In this document: one piece after another, positions 1-10,746 of the stretch
Position numbering within the stretch: position 1 is the first letter of the stretch
Layout of the letters: each line of letters opens with the position of its first letter
DNA from: Spirochaetia bacterium
GTDB taxonomy: Bacteria > Spirochaetota > Spirochaetia > SZUA-6 > Bin103
Assembly: GCA_965198005.1 (NCBI GenBank)
Contig: CBDAOI010000003.1
Location: forward strand, 192,001-256,000
DNA: 64,000 nucleotides
Direction of reading: 5' to 3'
Notes under the pieces: model-generated
The model's input: only the letters and a program-made list of their open reading frames with translations
Told to the model about the DNA's origin: nothing
Databases searched by the model: none
Translations under genes and position numbers: made by a program

Positions 1-1061
1 CCTGAACGACACCGGCCGGGCCGGGTTCGTGATGTCCTCGCAGGCGTCGTCGGCGGGCGGCGAGGAAGCGAAGGTGCGCCGCAAGCTGATCGAGGCGGGC
101 CACCTGGACGTGATGGTGGCGATCCGCTCCGGTTTCTTCTACACGCGCACGGTGCCGTGCGAGCTGTGGTTCCTCGACAAGGCCAAGCCCGCCGAGCTGC
201 GGGAGAAGGTGTTGATGATCGACGCGCGCAACGTCCACCGGAAGGTGACGCGCAAGATCTACGACTTCACGCCAGAGCAGCAGAAGAACCTCGCGGCCAT
301 TGTCTGGCTCTATCGGGGCCAGAACGAACGCTTCCTCGCCCTCGTGGCCGAGCACCTCGAACGCATGGTCGAAGCAGCCAGCGAAGCCGCGACGCCCGTC
401 CGGCGCCTTGCCGCCGCGCTTGCCGCGGCAGCCACGACGTGTGCCGATGGCGAACTCTCCGACGACCTCGCACAGAGCCACACGGAGTTCGAGAGACGCG
501 CGGGAGGCGTTCGCGCACGACCTGGACGCCTTCGAGTCGGAGGCGGGCGATACCCGCGATGCATGGGACTCGTCCGGCCCCGACAACGCCGGGCTCACGG
601 CGTTCGCCGCACGCGCCCAGCCCTTGGCGGAAGCAGGGCGCGACTTGATCCGCCAGGCCGATCATCTCCACAGGCTGCTGTCGCGCGTGGCCGAGGGTCG
701 AAGGAACGGCCGCGGCAGCCCGCTCAAGGCAGTCGGCGAAGCGCGCAGCGACGCGGTGGAGCATCTCACAGCGCCGCACTACTTCTGGCGGCAGGCGCAC
801 TGGCTTCAGGAGCGGTTCCCGGACGCGGCCCTGCGAGACGTCGAAGGGCTGGTGAAGCTGGTCGGCCACGACGAGTTGGCCGCCAACGATTGGAGCCTGA
901 CGCCGGGACGCTACGTCGGGGTCGCACCGGAGGAGGAAGACGAGGATTTCGACTTCGAGCAGACGATGCGGGATATCCACTCGGAGCTCGATGAGCTCAA
1001 CGCAGAGTCGGTCCGGCTCGCGGCAAGCATCAAGCGCAACTTCGAGGCACTGCGGCTGTGA
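1..1061 (+). CDS. hsdM: Type I RM methyltransferase subunit, 5'-partial, with one frameshift near 490-500
   Basis: GRAGFVMSSQASSAG...FFYTRTVPCELWFLDK...LMIDAR in one frame; C-terminal DVEGLVKLV...NDWSLTPGRYVGV...ELNAES in another frame; hsdS lies downstream. Confidence 0.85.
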
Positions 1062-2053
1062 CGGAACGGAAATCCATGGGGCGCCGGCGCGCGGACGCTT
1101 CGATCCCAGCGCCTCCGGGCAGGGGAGAGTTGCCCGCTGACTACGCCGCCCTGCTCGTTGAGATCAAGGAACGCATCCGCACGGAACGCGTGCGCGTCGT
1201 GCTGGCCGCCAACCAGGCGATGGTGCTGCTCTACTGGGACATCGGCAAGGCGGTTCTCGCCCGCCAGGAGCGGGAAGGCTCGACCTCCGGGAGGCGTTCC
1301 CGGACATGCAGGATTCTCGCCCCGCAACCTCAAGTACATGCGCGCCTGGGGCGCCTGGCCCGACGCGAAATCGTGCAACGCGCCTTCCCTGGCGCAGTAA
1401 TCTGGCGCTGCTGCACACGACTCCCGGAGACTCCTGGTACGCCCGCAAGGAGGAACTACAGTTCCTGTACGAGCGTCAGGGACATCACCAACTTCCCGCG
1501 GACGCTGCCGCCGTCCGACTCCGATCTGGCCACGCTGGTTCAAGGACCCGTACCTGTACGACTTCCTCGGCACCGCCGGCCGCGCACGGAACGGGAGCTC
1601 GAGCAGGGGCTCGCTGACCACATCCAGCGCTTCCTGCTGGAGATGGGGGCCGGCTTCGCCTTCGTCGGCCGGCAGGTGCTCCTCGAGGTCGGCGACAGCG
1701 ACTTTCGCGTGGACCTGCTGTTCTACCACCTCCAACTCCGCCGCTTCGTCGTAGTCGAGCTCAAGGCGGTCCCGTTCAGCCCCGCCTTCGTCGGCCAGAT
1801 GAACCTCTACCTCTCCGCCGTGGACGACCTGATGCGCCACCCCGACGACACCCCCACCATCGGCCTGCTGCTCTGCAAGGGCAAGGACCGAATGGTCGTC
1901 GAGTACGCCCTGCGCGACCTCGCCAAGCCCCTGGACGTCGCGGACTGGGAGACCCGCTTGGTCGATATCCTGCCGGACGATCTCAAGGGCAGCCTGCCGA
2001 CCATCGACGAGATCGAGGCGGAGCTCCACGGAGCCGACGGGGACGAAGGATGA
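1058..2053 (+). pseudogene. YhcG/DUF1016 PD-(D/E)XK nuclease with several indels in the middle
   Basis: N-terminal ANQAMVLLYWDIGK and C-terminal GFAFVGRQ...DLLFYH...VVELK...GQMNLY...TIGLLLCK...VEYAL; the GFSPRNLKYMR and DPY motifs fall in other frames (1270-1590). Confidence 0.8.
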
Positions 2054-3255
2054 GGTCGGCACGATTGAAGTCCGCGCCCCACGACCGATATTCAAATCGA
2101 TCCAGGTTTCCTTGTGCCGTATGGGTCGTGAAGAGACTTGATGAGCTTGGAACGGTGGTAACTGGCAAGACTCCGGCGACCGCCAATCCTGAATTCTATG
2201 GAGGAGACTTCCTATTCGTAACGCCCAGCGACATGCAATGGAACTCATACTACGTGACCGAAACTCGCTCGACTGTGACAGAAAGAGCTCGTGGATCTCA
2301 TCGGAATCAGTTCATCCCTAGAGATTCCATAGTGTTTACATGCATCGGTAACACGATTGGGAAATGTGGAATTGCGTCGGCGGATTGTCTGACAAATCAA
2401 CAAGTCAACTCAATCATCGTTAACGGGGCTAACAGCCCGCAGTTTGTGTATTACGCGTTGATGCAGAACCGCCCCATGATTCGCGCTATTGGTCTGAGTG
2501 GAGGTGCTCCACAGCCAATAATCAACAAGAGTACGTTTTCTTCCGTCCAAATTGATGTCCCGGACAGGGCAACGCAAGATAAAATTGCCGACATTCTCTC
2601 CGCCTACGACGAGCTGATCGAGAATAACCGGCGGCGGATTGCACTGCTGGAACAGGCTGCGCGGGAGCTCTACCGGGAGTGGTTCGTCCGGCTCCGCTTT
2701 CCCGGCCATGAGAGCACCGGAGTGGTCGATGGCCTGCCGAAGGGGTGGGAAACAAAGACGCTAGGTGAGGTGGCCGACATTCGTGGCGGAAAGCAATTCT
2801 GGGGCGAGGAGCTGGATGACTCGCACCAGTATCCTGTATTTGGAGGAAACGGTATTCAAGGATACTCGAGTAAGTCGACGCATACCGGTTTCGTGATTGT
2901 GTTTGGTCGTGTCGGCGTGAATTGTGGAAGTATCCACTGGTCCTACGACGGGGGATGGGTGAACAACAACGCCTCATCCATTGTTCCGCGTTACTTCAAT
3001 GAGCTTGTTCTGCAACATCTGTTACATTATGATTTCTCACATTTGCGTAAAGGAGCCGCGCAGCCCTTCATTCCAAATGGACTTCTCTCAACTGTTAGAC
3101 TTGTCATACCGAGAAAAGAACTATCAGTGCAGTATTGCAATCTTGTGCTGGGCATTGGTATACAACAAACAAATCTGCACCAACAGACAAGGGATCTTGC
3201 GCGCGCCCGCGACCTCCTCCTCCCCCGCCTGATGTCTGGGGAGGTACCGGGTTGA
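2050..3255 (+). CDS. hsdS: Type I RM specificity subunit (start may be GTG 2128)
   Basis: TGKTP...NQQVNSI first TRD; central DKIADILSAYDELIENNRRRIALLEQAARELYREWFV; GAAQP; terminal RDLLLPRLMSGEV. Confidence 0.92.
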   Translation: MRSARLKSAPHDRYSNRSRFPCAVWVVKRLDELGTVVTGKTPATANPEFYGGDFLFVTPSDMQWNSYYVTETRSTVTERARGSHRNQFIPRDSIVFTCIGNTIGKCGIASADCLTNQQVNSIIVNGANSPQFVYYALMQNRPMIRAIGLSGGAPQPIINKSTFSSVQIDVPDRATQDKIADILSAYDELIENNRRRIALLEQAARELYREWFVRLRFPGHESTGVVDGLPKGWETKTLGEVADIRGGKQFWGEELDDSHQYPVFGGNGIQGYSSKSTHTGFVIVFGRVGVNCGSIHWSYDGGWVNNNASSIVPRYFNELVLQHLLHYDFSHLRKGAAQPFIPNGLLSTVRLVIPRKELSVQYCNLVLGIGIQQTNLHQQTRDLARARDLLLPRLMSGEVPG

Positions 3256-3432
3256 ACCGTGCCGCTCTCACCGACGGGATACGGCGGTCGATGATCGCTT
3301 GGTCTCGTCAAGCGTCCCGCACGAAAGGGAGATCGTGGTTCTCGCGCGTGAGAAGTACCGGAAGACGTTGCGGATTCACTACCCACCGACCGGCAAGGGC
3401 CGGAAGATCCCGGTACGGATGACGGAGACTCG

Positions 3433-3828
3433 ATGAGCCTGGCACTGTTATTCGGCCGGTTCCCTGCGGCCGCGCGGCCGCAGAACGTCGGGCTCCTGTG
3501 GCTGCCGGTGGGGATCGCCCTCTCGGCGCCGGTGCGCGGCCTCGGGTTCACTGCCGCGCCAGGACCGTAGCCGACGATGGCGCTGATGGTGGCCTCGTCG
3601 CTGGTGGTGGTCGCGCCGGCGGGGCTGCCGCTGGCGCTGGCGTGCCGGCAACTCCGGCGGCTGGGGTACGTGCGGGTGACTTGGGCCGCCATTGCGGTGC
3701 TGGCGCCCGCCACCGTGGCCGCGTCCCTGCTCGCGGCGCTGCTCGGGCCGCTGGCGATCGCCGTCTACGCGGCGCTCTTGAGCCTGCCGGTCTGGATTGC
3801 GGTGGTGGTGCTGCGCCGCCGGCGCTGA
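3433..3828 (+). pseudogene. Small hydrophobic membrane protein interrupted by an in-frame TAG (3568-3570)
   Basis: GGAG then ATG 3433, in frame with hydrophobic ORF 3577-3828; a single internal stop. Confidence 0.45.
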
Positions 3829-3873
3829 CCTGCGGCCCCGCGCAGCACCCCAAGCCGCCGCCTGTCGGCGCCG

Positions 3874-4713
3874 CTATTGGCCCGTCCCGTGCGTCTTCAC
3901 GTCGAGGCGCGTGCCGCAGTGGCGGCAGAAGGCGGCGTCCCGCTCGTGGCTCGCCTTGGAGCACGCCTGACAGCGGCGCTGGTCGCGTGCCTGCAGGGCG
4001 TGCGACACCTCCACCGTGACCAGCCCGGTGGGAACGGCGATCATCCCGTAGCCCATGATCATGATCAGCATCGCCAGCGCCTGACCGGGACCGGTCTGGG
4101 GCGAGATGTCGCCGTAGCCCACGGTGGTGAGGGTCACGACCGCCCAGTACAGGCTGCGCGGGATGCTGGTGAACCCGTTCGCTTCGCCCTCGATGACGTA
4201 GATCAGCGACCCCAGCGTGAGGGCGATCAGCAGCACGGCGAACAGGAACACGGTGATCTTGCGCCGGCTCGCCCGCAGCGCATCCACGATCAGCGTGGCC
4301 TCCGCGATGTACGGCACCAGCTTCAGCACCCGGAACACGCGCAGCACGCGCAGCACGCGCAACACCCCCAGGTAGTGGCTGCCCGGGAGCAGCAGCCCCA
4401 GGAACGCCGGCAACACCGTAAACAGGTCGACCAGCCCGAAGAAGCTGAGCGCGTAACGGTGCGGCCGGTACGCGCACAGGAGGCGCAGCACGTACTCGAC
4501 CAGAAACAATCCGGTGAAGATCCACTCGGCGACGGTCAGAAACGGGCCGAGCACGGCCCGCACCGGGGCCGAACTTTCGAGCACCACGACGGTGACGCTG
4601 GCCACGATGGCCGCGATCAGAACCACGTCGAACCGCCGGCCGGCTGGGGTATCTGAGAGAAAGATGACCCGGAACAGGCGGTCGCGCCACGCCCCGGGCA
4701 GGCGCCTTACCAC
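3874..4713 (-). CDS. Voltage-gated-type potassium channel (Ion_trans)
   Basis: TTVGYGD selectivity filter; S4-like LRVLRVLRVFRVLK; C-terminal CxxC...CxxC. Confidence 0.93.
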   Translation of the reverse strand: MVRRLPGAWRDRLFRVIFLSDTPAGRRFDVVLIAAIVASVTVVVLESSAPVRAVLGPFLTVAEWIFTGLFLVEYVLRLLCAYRPHRYALSFFGLVDLFTVLPAFLGLLLPGSHYLGVLRVLRVLRVFRVLKLVPYIAEATLIVDALRASRRKITVFLFAVLLIALTLGSLIYVIEGEANGFTSIPRSLYWAVVTLTTVGYGDISPQTGPGQALAMLIMIMGYGMIAVPTGLVTVEVSHALQARDQRRCQACSKASHERDAAFCRHCGTRLDVKTHGTGQ

Positions 4714-4760
4714 GGTTCAGGTCCGTGCCGGGTTTTGGCCGACGCCGCCCCGGGCCGGCG

Positions 4761-6167
4761 TCAGGCGGTGGCGCGTTGCGCGACCGCCGCCGGTTCCGGA
4801 CATCGCTCCTCGATCCGGCCGCCCAGGCCGAGGAGCTTGTCGAGCACCGCCTCGTAGCCGCGCTCGATGTTGCCCACCTGGGTAAGGGTGCTCTCACCGT
4901 CCGCCACCAGCGCCGCCAACAGGTAGGCGAACCCGGCGCGCAGGTCGGGCACCACCAGGTCGCACGGGAGCAGCGGCGTCGGCCCCCGGATGAGGGCGCT
5001 GTGATGGCAGCCGCGGCCGTGAAACCGGCAGTGCCGGGCGCCGAGACAGTTCGTGCTCAGCTCGATCCCGGCCCCCATCTCCCCGAGCGCGGCCACGTAC
5101 CCGAGGCGGCGCTCGTAGACCGTCTCATGCACCAGCGACACCCCGGCGGCCTGGGTCAGCAGCACCACCAGCGGCGGCTGCCAGTCGGTCATGAATCCGG
5201 GATGCGGGCTGGTCGCCACCTGCAGCGGACGGGGAATGCGCGGGCCGCGAAACAGAATCCCCGCCGGATCGATCCGGAACTCCCCACCGGCGCGGCCGAG
5301 CGCGTGCAGGAACGTCAGCATGTGTTCGGCCACCGCTCCGCGCACGAATACGTCGCCCCCGGTGGCCACCGCCGCGGTAGCGTACGAGGCCGCCTCCAGG
5401 CGGTCGCCGATCACCGGATAGCGCGCCCCGTGCAACCGTTCGACCCCGTCCACCACCCAGGTGCGCTCGCCCTGGCGGTGGATGAGGGCGCCCATCGCCT
5501 GCAGGAACCCGACCAGATTCTGGATTTCCGGCTCGATCGCGGCGTTCCGGATGACCGTACGCCCGTCGGCGCCGGCCGCGGCCAGCAGCAACTGTTCGGT
5601 CGCCCCGACACTGGGGTAGCGCAGCCGTACGGTGGCGCCGGTCAGCCGGTCGCACCGGAACCGGGTAACGTCGTTGTCGCGTTCGATCGTGGCGCCCAGC
5701 CGGCGCAACCCCGCGACGTGGAAGTCGATCGGCCGCGCGCCGATCGCGTCGCCGCCGATGGTGGCAATCCGGGCCCGGCCCAGGCGCTGCAGCAGCACCG
5801 CGATGAAGATCACGCAGCAGCGGTTCTCGGGGCTGACGTCGGTCGGGATCCGCCAATCGGCGAGGGACGCGGGCTGTATCTCGAGGGTGGTGGCGTCGAG
5901 CCAGCGCCACCCCACGCCCAGGGCAGTGCAGATGCGGAGGGTCAAGTCCACCTCGCCGATGCGCGGCACGTTCTCGATGACGCTCGGCTCCGTGCTGAGC
6001 AGCGAGGCGATGATCAGTTTCGGCGCGGCGTTCTTGGCGCCGGCGATGGTTATCTCTCCGCTGAGGGGCAACCCCCCGCGGACCACGTAGACGCGCTCGT
6101 CCGACGCCGACGCCGCCGGCGGTGCGCCGAGCTCGGTGACCGAATCCAAATAACCGTGTACGCGCAA
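4761..6167 (-). CDS. murA: UDP-N-acetylglucosamine 1-carboxyvinyltransferase (start uncertain)
   Basis: GAKNAA, GGDAIGARPID, SVGATE, EPEI, DRLEA, PHPGFMTD, DLRAG, RGYE. Confidence 0.95.
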   Translation of the reverse strand: MRVHGYLDSVTELGAPPAASASDERVYVVRGGLPLSGEITIAGAKNAAPKLIIASLLSTEPSVIENVPRIGEVDLTLRICTALGVGWRWLDATTLEIQPASLADWRIPTDVSPENRCCVIFIAVLLQRLGRARIATIGGDAIGARPIDFHVAGLRRLGATIERDNDVTRFRCDRLTGATVRLRYPSVGATEQLLLAAAGADGRTVIRNAAIEPEIQNLVGFLQAMGALIHRQGERTWVVDGVERLHGARYPVIGDRLEAASYATAAVATGGDVFVRGAVAEHMLTFLHALGRAGGEFRIDPAGILFRGPRIPRPLQVATSPHPGFMTDWQPPLVVLLTQAAGVSLVHETVYERRLGYVAALGEMGAGIELSTNCLGARHCRFHGRGCHHSALIRGPTPLLPCDLVVPDLRAGFAYLLAALVADGESTLTQVGNIERGYEAVLDKLLGLGGRIEERCPEPAAVAQRATA

Positions 6168-6258
6168 TTAACCCCCCCTCCCAGTAGCTTTTGCCCGGTA
6201 GTATCAATGTTCGGCCGGTCGGCGGCGCTGGCTAATGCATAATTGACGCCCGCTCCGG

Positions 6259-6516
6259 CTAGTTGTCGGTGGACGGCAGACCGTAGCGCCGGCGGAACTT
6301 CTCGATCCGGCCGGCGCTGTCCACCAGCGTCTGCTTGCCCGTATAGAACGGGTGTGACGCACTCGAAATCTCGATGTTGATCAACGGGTACTCGTTGCCG
6401 TCCTCCCACTGGATCTTCTCCTTCGAGCCGTGCGTTGAGCGGCTCAGAAAGGCGAAGTCCGAGGAGGTGTCCTTGAACACCACGAAACCGTACTTGGGAT
6501 GAATGGCATCCTGCAT
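6259..6516 (-). CDS. rpmE2: 50S ribosomal protein L31 type B
   Basis: [38 protein letters not shown]; no Zn-binding Cys. Confidence 0.96.
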   Translation of the reverse strand: MQDAIHPKYGFVVFKDTSSDFAFLSRSTHGSKEKIQWEDGNEYPLINIEISSASHPFYTGKQTLVDSAGRIEKFRRRYGLPSTDN

Positions 6517-6536
6517 GCTAGTATGACCCTGGATGG

Positions 6537-6565
6537 AACTTAGCGACTTGCCCGGGTTCTGTCAA
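6537..6565 (-). promoter_or_regulatory. Sigma70-type promoter of rpmE2
   Basis: TTGACA-17 nt-TAAGTT on the minus strand, 20 nt upstream of the ATG. Confidence 0.7.
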
Positions 6566-6612
6566 CGCCTACTGCCGCGTCGCCTGCGTCGCTACACCGC
6601 GCGCCGCGCACG

Positions 6613-7068
6613 TCACGGACTGTCGGGCTGGCGCATGGTATACCATACGCCGCGGCCCAGCGATAGTTTCTTTTGATAGGAAATCTCCGGCGTGGTGCCC
6701 TTCTTGTAGCCCCAGAACCGCTCGATCACCTCTTCGGAGAAGTCGAGCTGGCTCATCTGCTCACGCTTCTCGATCTGTTCCCACGACGCCTTCCGCTCCT
6801 TCTGCTGCGCCGGGGTCATCTCCCGGATCTCCTCCTCGTACTGCTCGATCAGGGAATCGATCGTCTCGACCAACTCATCCTTCCCGACGCGCGGCACCTC
6901 CGGCACGACCTCCGCGGTAGCGCCGACGGTTTGCGGTTGGCCCTCCCCGGCGGGCGCCGGCTGCGGTGCGGCCGCGCTCGGCTTGGGATCGGGCTTCGGC
7001 TTGGGGCGGAAGGTGCGGTACAACACGTACACCGCGATTACCACTCCGGCCAGGAGCGCCCAAGTCAT
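6613..7068 (-). CDS. Hypothetical protein with N-terminal membrane anchor
   Basis: MTWALLAGVVIAVYVLY followed by a Pro-rich linker and a charged domain; host-like codon use. Confidence 0.7.
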   Translation of the reverse strand: MTWALLAGVVIAVYVLYRTFRPKPKPDPKPSAAAPQPAPAGEGQPQTVGATAEVVPEVPRVGKDELVETIDSLIEQYEEEIREMTPAQQKERKASWEQIEKREQMSQLDFSEEVIERFWGYKKGTTPEISYQKKLSLGRGVWYTMRQPDSP

Positions 7069-7218
7069 CGGGAACCACCGTTGGGGTGGTGGGGTAACAA
7101 CAACATTTCGCCGCGCAGCATAACACGTCGGCACGCGCGTTGCAGGCCGGCCCGCGCACGTCGTCGAACCTCGAGCGGGCGTGGACGGCGCGCCCGATGC
7201 GCGCTATCGTGGACGCTT

Positions 7219-8400
7219 ATGGCTGGGTCGCGGCCGCTGCACGGCATCACGGTAGTCGACATGACACGGGTCCTCGCCGGCCCTTTCTGCACGATGGTGT
7301 TGCGTGATCTGGGCGCCCGGATCATCAAGGTGGAGCAGCCGGAGGGTGACGAAGCGCGTGGCTTCGGCCCCTTTCTGCCGGCGGAGGGTGCCGCCGGACA
7401 CGGCCCCTCCGCGTACTTCACCAGCCTCAACTGCGGCAAGCGCTCGCTGGTGCTGGACCTCAAGAGCGTCGCCGGGCGGGAGGCGTTCGCCCGGTTGGTG
7501 CGGCGGGCGGATGCGCTGGTCGAAAACTACCGCCCCGGCACGCTGGCCAAGCTGGGGTTCCCGGCCGCGCGTCTGCAGCAACTCAACCCGCGCCTGGTGT
7601 ACGCCGCGATCAGCGGCTTCGGCGCGACCGGCCCCGCGGCCCAACGCCCCGCCTACGACCTGGTCATCCAGGCGCTGTCGGGACTGATGTCGATCACCGG
7701 CACCGAGACCGAGCCCGGGCAGCCCGGCCGGCGCGTGCGGGTCGGAACGTCGATCGCGGACATCGTCAGTGGTCTGTACGCGGCCGTCGGCGTCGCCGCG
7801 GCTCTGGTGCGACGCGCCCGAACCGGCGCCGGGGCCGTGCTGGACCTGGCCATGCTCGATGCCACCGTGTCGGTGCTGGAAAACGCCGTCGCCCGCTATC
7901 AGGTCGAGGGCACGGTGCCGGCGCCGCTCGGCTCGCGTCATCCGTCGATCTCCCCGTTCGAGACGTTCGCCACCGCCGACCGCGAGCTCGTGGTGGCGGC
8001 CGGCAACGACCGGCTGTTCGCGGCGCTGTGCACGGCGGTCGGCCGCCCCGAGCTGGCGCAGGACCCCCGCTTCCTCGACAACGCCGCGCGCAACCGCAAT
8101 ACCGTACAGCTCAAGCGCGAGCTCGAAGCCGCCCTGCGGCGCGCGCCGGCCGCCGCCTGGCTGCAGCGGCTGGCCGACGCGGGGGTGCCGGTGGCGCCGG
8201 TGAACACGGTCGCCGACCTGTTCGACGATCCCCAGCTCGCGGCGCGCGCCATGCTGCCGCCGCTGGCCGGCGGCGCGGGGTTCCGGGTTACCGGCAGTCC
8301 GCTCAAGTTCGCGGGGGTGCCGCCGGAACGGCTGCGGCCGCCGGCCCCCGCCCTGGGCGAGCACACCGCCGACATCCTGCGCGAGCTGTCCGAGGGGTAG
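7219..8400 (+). CDS. CaiB/BaiF family III CoA-transferase
   Basis: PLHGITVVD..RVLAGPF...DLGARIIKVE, LDLK, ENYRPG, ISGFG, YD..IQA.SGLM, LGEHT. Confidence 0.93.
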   Translation: MAGSRPLHGITVVDMTRVLAGPFCTMVLRDLGARIIKVEQPEGDEARGFGPFLPAEGAAGHGPSAYFTSLNCGKRSLVLDLKSVAGREAFARLVRRADALVENYRPGTLAKLGFPAARLQQLNPRLVYAAISGFGATGPAAQRPAYDLVIQALSGLMSITGTETEPGQPGRRVRVGTSIADIVSGLYAAVGVAAALVRRARTGAGAVLDLAMLDATVSVLENAVARYQVEGTVPAPLGSRHPSISPFETFATADRELVVAAGNDRLFAALCTAVGRPELAQDPRFLDNAARNRNTVQLKRELEAALRRAPAAAWLQRLADAGVPVAPVNTVADLFDDPQLAARAMLPPLAGGAGFRVTGSPLKFAGVPPERLRPPAPALGEHTADILRELSEG

Positions 8401-8417
8401 CTCCCGGCCTTGAAGCG

Positions 8418-9836
8418 CTACTCCGACAGGTGGAACACCGCCATCTTGGTTTCGGTCATCTCCTGCACCGCGTACTTCGGCCCCTCCTTGCCCATGCCGC
8501 TGTCCTTGACGCCGCCGTAGGGCATCAGGTCGGCGCGCCACTGCGTGCCCCAGTTGACGTGCAGGTTGCCGGAGTCGCACTCGCGCACGAACTTCATCGC
8601 CCAGTCCAGGTTCTGGGTGAAGATGGCGGCGCTGAGGCCGTAGTTGGTGGCGTTGGCCAGCGCGATGGCGCTGTCGAGGTCGGGGGACTCGGTGACCCCC
8701 ACCACCGGACCGAAGATCTCATCGCAGGAGATGCGCATCTCGGGGCTGACGTCGGCCACCAGGGTGGGCTGGAACAACTGGCCGTTGCGCTCGCCGCCGG
8801 TGAGCACGCGCGCGCCCGAGCCGGCTGCCTCACTGACCCAGTCGGCGACCCGCGCCGAGTCCGTTTCGCGGATCATCGGCCCCATGCCGGTGGCCGCGTC
8901 CAACGGGTCGCCGGTGGAGATCGACTCGACGGCCGCGGTCATCGCCTCCAGCAGGTCGCCGTAGATGTCGCGGTGGGCGATGACCCGCTGGGTGGAGATG
9001 CAGACCTGGCCGGCGTTGGCGTAGCCGCTGGCCGCGGCGGCCTTGGCCACCCGCTCCGGGTCGGCGTCGGACATGACGATCAGCGGCGAGTTGGAGCCCA
9101 GCTCCATGGTCACCCGCTTGAGCCCTGCGACCTTGCAGATCTGCTCGCCGATGTCGCGGCTCCCGGTAAAGGTGATCTTGCGCACGCGCGGATCCGCGCA
9201 CAACGCGTTGCCGATGGCGCTGCCGGGACCGGTCAGACATTGCACCGCCTCGGGCGGGGTGCCCGCTTCCAGGAACAGCTCGATCAGCTTGAGCGCCGAC
9301 AGCGGGGTGTCGGTGGCCGGCTTGATGATGCAGGCGTTGCCCGAGGCGATCGCCGGGCCGATCTTGTGGCATACCAGGTGCAGCGGGAAATTGAACGGAC
9401 TGATGCCCACGACGACCCCGCACGGGACCCGCACCGTGAACCCGAACTTGCCGCTGACGCCGGGCGCGCCGTCGAGCGGGATCACTTCCCCGCCGAGCCG
9501 CTTCGCCTCTTCCGCCGAGAGCGAGATGATCTCCGCCGCCCGGGTCGCCTCAATCGTCGCCTCGGCCAGGATCTTGCCCTCTTCCAGGGTAATGGTACGC
9601 GCCAGTTCGTCCGTCCGTTCGCGCATCAGGTTGGCGACCCGGTGCAGGATTTCGTAGCGCTGATAGCCGGTCAGGCTGCGCATCACGCGCGCGCCGCGCT
9701 CGGCCGTGGCCAGCGCCTGCTCCACGTCGTTCAGGTCGGAGCGCGGCACCGTGTCCACCACCGAGCCGTCGAAAGGGTTGAGCACCTCGATCTTTTGGAG
9801 CTTGTCCACCCAGGTGCCGCCAAGAAGCATTTTCAT
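8418..9836 (-). CDS. Aldehyde dehydrogenase
   Basis: PFNFP, FTGS, MELGSN, AGQVCIS, EIFGP, GGVKDSG; GGAGG RBS. Confidence 0.95.
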   Translation of the reverse strand: MKMLLGGTWVDKLQKIEVLNPFDGSVVDTVPRSDLNDVEQALATAERGARVMRSLTGYQRYEILHRVANLMRERTDELARTITLEEGKILAEATIEATRAAEIISLSAEEAKRLGGEVIPLDGAPGVSGKFGFTVRVPCGVVVGISPFNFPLHLVCHKIGPAIASGNACIIKPATDTPLSALKLIELFLEAGTPPEAVQCLTGPGSAIGNALCADPRVRKITFTGSRDIGEQICKVAGLKRVTMELGSNSPLIVMSDADPERVAKAAAASGYANAGQVCISTQRVIAHRDIYGDLLEAMTAAVESISTGDPLDAATGMGPMIRETDSARVADWVSEAAGSGARVLTGGERNGQLFQPTLVADVSPEMRISCDEIFGPVVGVTESPDLDSAIALANATNYGLSAAIFTQNLDWAMKFVRECDSGNLHVNWGTQWRADLMPYGGVKDSGMGKEGPKYAVQEMTETKMAVFHLSE

Positions 9837-9945
9837 GATAAGGATCCTCCTGTGTCCGGTTCCATTATTCGCATCGCGCGCCGGTCTGCCAAATGGTTCG
9901 GGCGGACGCGGCCGACCGCGGGCGACAGCGCACGCCAGCGGCAGT

Positions 9946-10704
9946 TCAGCCGGCGGCGTCGAGGGCCGCGACCAGCGCCGGCAGCAGCACGGTGACGTCC
10001 CCCTCCAGGCGGAGGTCCGCCAGCCGGTCATGCCCGGTCGGGCCGCGGTTGACGATCGCGTAGCGGGCGCCGCGCTCACAGGCAACCAGCGGCACGTCGG
10101 CCGCGGGGCGCACCTCCAGGGTGGAGCCGATCGCCAGCACCAGGTCGGCGCGGCGCGCGGCCGCGAACGCCCGGCGCAGCGCGGCCTCCGGCATGGGCTG
10201 GCCGAACGACACGGTGGCGGTCTTGAGCACGCCGCCGCAGTCACGGCACCGGGGACAGGCGCCGGTGGCCCGGAACTGCGCCAGCGCCGGCTCCGGTGAG
10301 CTGCGCGCGCCGCAGCCCAGACACTCCACCGCCCGGTTGGTGCCGTGCAGCTCGATCACCCGTTCCGGATCGTGGCCGGCGGCCTGATGCAGGCCGTCGA
10401 CATTCTGGGTGACCAGCGTATCGAGCTGGCCGCGCCGCTCCAGCTCCACCAGCGCCCGGTGGGCGGCGTTGGGCCGGGCGGCCGCGAACTCCTGATGCCC
10501 CTCCTCCTTGTAGCGCCAATGCGCGATCCGGGCTTCCTCGGAGGCCACGAAGTCCTGGAACATGATCGGGCGGCGGCGGTTCCAGATTCCCTGCGGCCCG
10601 CGGAAGTCGGGTATGCCGGACCCGGTCGAGATGCCGGCGCCGGTGAACACCAGCACGCGCCGGGCGGCGCGCACGGCCGCGGCCAGTTCCTCCACCTCAG
10701 CCAT
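9946..10704 (-). CDS. Sir2-family NAD-dependent protein deacylase
   Basis: TGAGIS..SGIPDFRG, TQNVDGLH, ELHG, Zn ribbon CxxC..CxxC, GSTL. Confidence 0.95.
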   Translation of the reverse strand: MAEVEELAAAVRAARRVLVFTGAGISTGSGIPDFRGPQGIWNRRRPIMFQDFVASEEARIAHWRYKEEGHQEFAAARPNAAHRALVELERRGQLDTLVTQNVDGLHQAAGHDPERVIELHGTNRAVECLGCGARSSPEPALAQFRATGACPRCRDCGGVLKTATVSFGQPMPEAALRRAFAAARRADLVLAIGSTLEVRPAADVPLVACERGARYAIVNRGPTGHDRLADLRLEGDVTVLLPALVAALDAAG

Positions 10705-10746
10705 CAACCGGCGATCGTACCGCGGTCGCGCCCGTCCGGTAAGTGG

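Noticed and set aside
9946-10704. Sir2 as an anti-phage NADase
   Set aside because: It has the housekeeping deacylase form (GIPDFR, Zn ribbon) and sits in a NAD-salvage context.
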